NCBI GenBank assembly: GCA_947305585.1
Contig: CAMZDY010000002.1
Span: 1-32,723, forward strand
Direction of reading: 5' to 3'
DNA from: an uncultured Verrucomicrobiota bacterium
GTDB lineage: Bacteria; Verrucomicrobiota; Kiritimatiellia; RFP12; UBA1067
DNA: 32,723 bases
How positions within the stretch are numbered: position 1 is the stretch's first letter; each line of letters opens with the position of its first letter. Under the pieces are notes generated by a model. That model had not been told where the DNA came from. It ran no database searches and saw only the letters and a list, made by a program, of their open reading frames with translations. Positions 31,361 to 32,723 of the stretch are shown piece after piece. Position numbers and translations under genes: made by a program.

Positions 31361-31389
31361 ATTATATCATAAATCCGGGCGATTGTCAA
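31361..31389 (-). promoter_or_regulatory. Promoter P10 (TTGACA-N17-TATAAT, TGA extended -10), leaderless geometry
   Basis: Sense strand reads TTGACA atcgcccggatttatga TATAAT acaccatc ATG. The ATG at 31352 is 8 nt after the -10. Confidence 0.7.
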
Positions 31390-31589
31390 TAGGAACCCGT
31401 AGAAAAGTCGTAAGGCGGAAAATATATTCAAAAAAGTGTTAAGTGGGAGTAGTTAGCGGGAAAGGCGGGATTTTGGCCGGTTTGCGATGTGACGGAGCGG
31501 CTGGCGGTTACGTATTCAAGCCCAGGCAAAGCCGGTTTTTACGAGTTTTGGCCTGGATTTTCTCCGGCTGAACCCTATAGGTGAGGAAG

Positions 31590-31606
31590 ATAGGCACGGT
31601 GCCTAT
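31590..31606. promoter_or_regulatory. Perfect 8-1-8 palindrome ATAGGCAC-g-GTGCCTAT, candidate operator 34 nt upstream of the DUF3987 ORF
   Basis: Read directly from the sequence. It is flanked by a second 8-nt palindrome, CCTATAGG (31574-31581), which shares the CCTAT/ATAGG half-site. Confidence 0.4.
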
Positions 31607-31639
31607 CCCTCTTAACCCTAAAGGAAAGGAGCCATAGTT

Positions 31640-32723
31640 ATGGCAACTAATTGTAAGCAACTGCTCGACTTTGCGGACCCGGGGCCGCTCGACGAGCGTT
31701 TAACCGAGGTCCCCGGATTCTTGAGCGAGGTGAAGGACTTTACGCTAAGTGCGGCGCATAGTCCTAATCCTACGCTCGCGTTCATGGGGGCCTTGGGTCT
31801 CCTCGCCCACTTGAGCGGCCGCAGCCACTCCGACACCCACGGCACGCGCACTAACCTCTATCTGGTGGCGCTGGGCGAAACGGGTATCGGCAAGGAAGCG
31901 CCGCGCCAGACGAGCCACCGGGTGCTGGACGCGATCGGCTGGAGCCGGTCCGTCCTCGACACGGCCGCCTCGGGTCAGGGACTGGAGGACCGGCTCGTCG
32001 AAAGCCCCACGCTCCTCCTCCAGGCGGACGAAACGGAAACGATGTTCCGCCAGATGAGGAGCGAGTCGCGCCTCGGGGAGGCGATGAGCGAAAGGTTCCG
32101 CCGCCTCTATACGGCAAGTCAAGGCAAGTACGTAACGCGCGCCAAGGCCAACGAACCTACGGCCACGCTCGAAAACCCGCACCTTACGTTCCTGGGAACG
32201 GGCACGCCCGATGCTTTCTACGACACGCTTAATAGCCGTATGGTCGAGAATGGCATGTATGGCAGGTGCCTCGTTCTCAAGGCGGAAGACCGGTATTTGA
32301 GCCAATTGCCGAACTTGGACCCAATTCCGGACGATATCCTCAAGTGGTCCCGCATCCTCTACGAGCGCGAAATGGCGTTCGCAGGCGGCCTGACCCTGGT
32401 TCGTGAAACGCCGGAGGCCACCGAGCGGATCTTGGAGCTCAATGCGGACGCGATGGCGCAGCGGCGGGAACTGGACGCCCAAAACCTCGCCTACGCGCGG
32501 GCCTTGCTCGTTCGTATGCCGGAAAAGATCGCCAAGCTGACGCTGCTTGCCGCCATCAGTCGCAACCCCGAAAAGCCGCTTATTGACGTGTGCGATGTAG
32601 ACTGGGCCACCCGGTTCGTCACCCACGTTAGCGCCTCGATGCTGCACGAAGCCCAGTTCCATGTGTCGGAAGGCAAGTTCGATCGACTCAAAAAGCGATT
32701 CATCGCCATGGTTGATCGAAATG
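31640..32723 (+). CDS. DUF3987-type protein (mobile-element replication-associated, P-loop-like), 3' end beyond the window; absent from the supplied ORF track
   Basis: I translated it by hand: ATG at 31640, GGAG 8 nt upstream, an in-frame TAA at 31619, then 361 codons with no stop to the window end. MATNCKQLLDFADPGPLDERLTEVPGFLSEVKDFTLSAAHSPNPTLAFMGALGLLAHLSG...TNLYLVALGETGIGKE...LLLQADE matches the DUF3987 N-terminal and Walker-like layout. The antisense ORF 31745-32662 is Arg/Gly-rich. Confidence 0.75.
   Translation, partial: MATNCKQLLDFADPGPLDERLTEVPGFLSEVKDFTLSAAHSPNPTLAFMGALGLLAHLSGRSHSDTHGTRTNLYLVALGETGIGKEAPRQTSHRVLDAIGWSRSVLDTAASGQGLEDRLVESPTLLLQADETETMFRQMRSESRLGEAMSERFRRLYTASQGKYVTRAKANEPTATLENPHLTFLGTGTPDAFYDTLNSRMVENGMYGRCLVLKAEDRYLSQLPNLDPIPDDILKWSRILYEREMAFAGGLTLVRETPEATERILELNADAMAQRRELDAQNLAYARALLVRMPEKIAKLTLLAAISRNPEKPLIDVCDVDWATRFVTHVSASMLHEAQFHVSEGKFDRLKKRFIAMVDRN

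Noticed and set aside
31745-32662. 305-aa minus-strand ORF, the only long ORF listed for this region
   Set aside because: Arg/Gly/Val-rich with no start context. The opposite strand carries an open-ended ORF with a good SD and DUF3987-like motifs.

Overview
High-GC bacterial chromosomal segment; spot counts on single 60-nt lines give about 65% GC in core genes. It is very compact. From 137 to 28905 every supported gene (28 CDS and 2 tRNAs) lies on the minus strand. Many junctions are 4-nt ATGA start/stop overlaps. These genes fall into about seven transcription units, each headed by the same AT-rich promoter cassette: TTGnnn-N17-TATAAT with a TGA extended -10. Six cassettes sit only 7-12 nt from the ATG, which implies leaderless mRNAs.

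Gene content is mostly housekeeping:
- Translation and RNA: infC, rlmI, an RluA-family pseudouridine synthase, tRNA-Gln, tRNA(CAT).
- Lipid and cofactor metabolism: psd, pssA, coaB, nadE, ispE, thiH, a TrpB2-type enzyme.
- Envelope and amino-sugar genes: an LpxL-like acyltransferase, a divergent LpxC-like protein, a UDP-sugar pyrophosphorylase, GH84 and GH20-like hydrolases.
- Others: a GAF/sigma-54 activator, and LemA coupled to a 996-aa three-TM fusion protein with a DUF1570-like HExxH domain. A PVC-type organism is only a weak inference from this content.

The last 3.8 kb (28.9-32.7 kb) is organised differently:
- back-to-back promoters;
- an orphan 360-aa protein with a C-terminal HTH;
- a lower-GC YhcG/DUF1016 PDDEXK nuclease carrying a triplicated 39-bp palindromic repeat;
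- a structured 287-bp spacer;
- a DUF3987-type ORF (typical of integrative elements) that runs off the window end and is absent from the supplied ORF track.

Best candidates for something new:
- the accessory locus at 28.9-32.7 kb;
- the LemA plus giant fusion protein pair;
- the LpxC-like / DnaQ-like / HydG-like three-gene unit;
- the secreted Cys-rich protein plus membrane half-winged-helix pair;
- the promoter cassette and leaderless architecture itself.

Functional calls come from motif recognition by eye. No database search was run.
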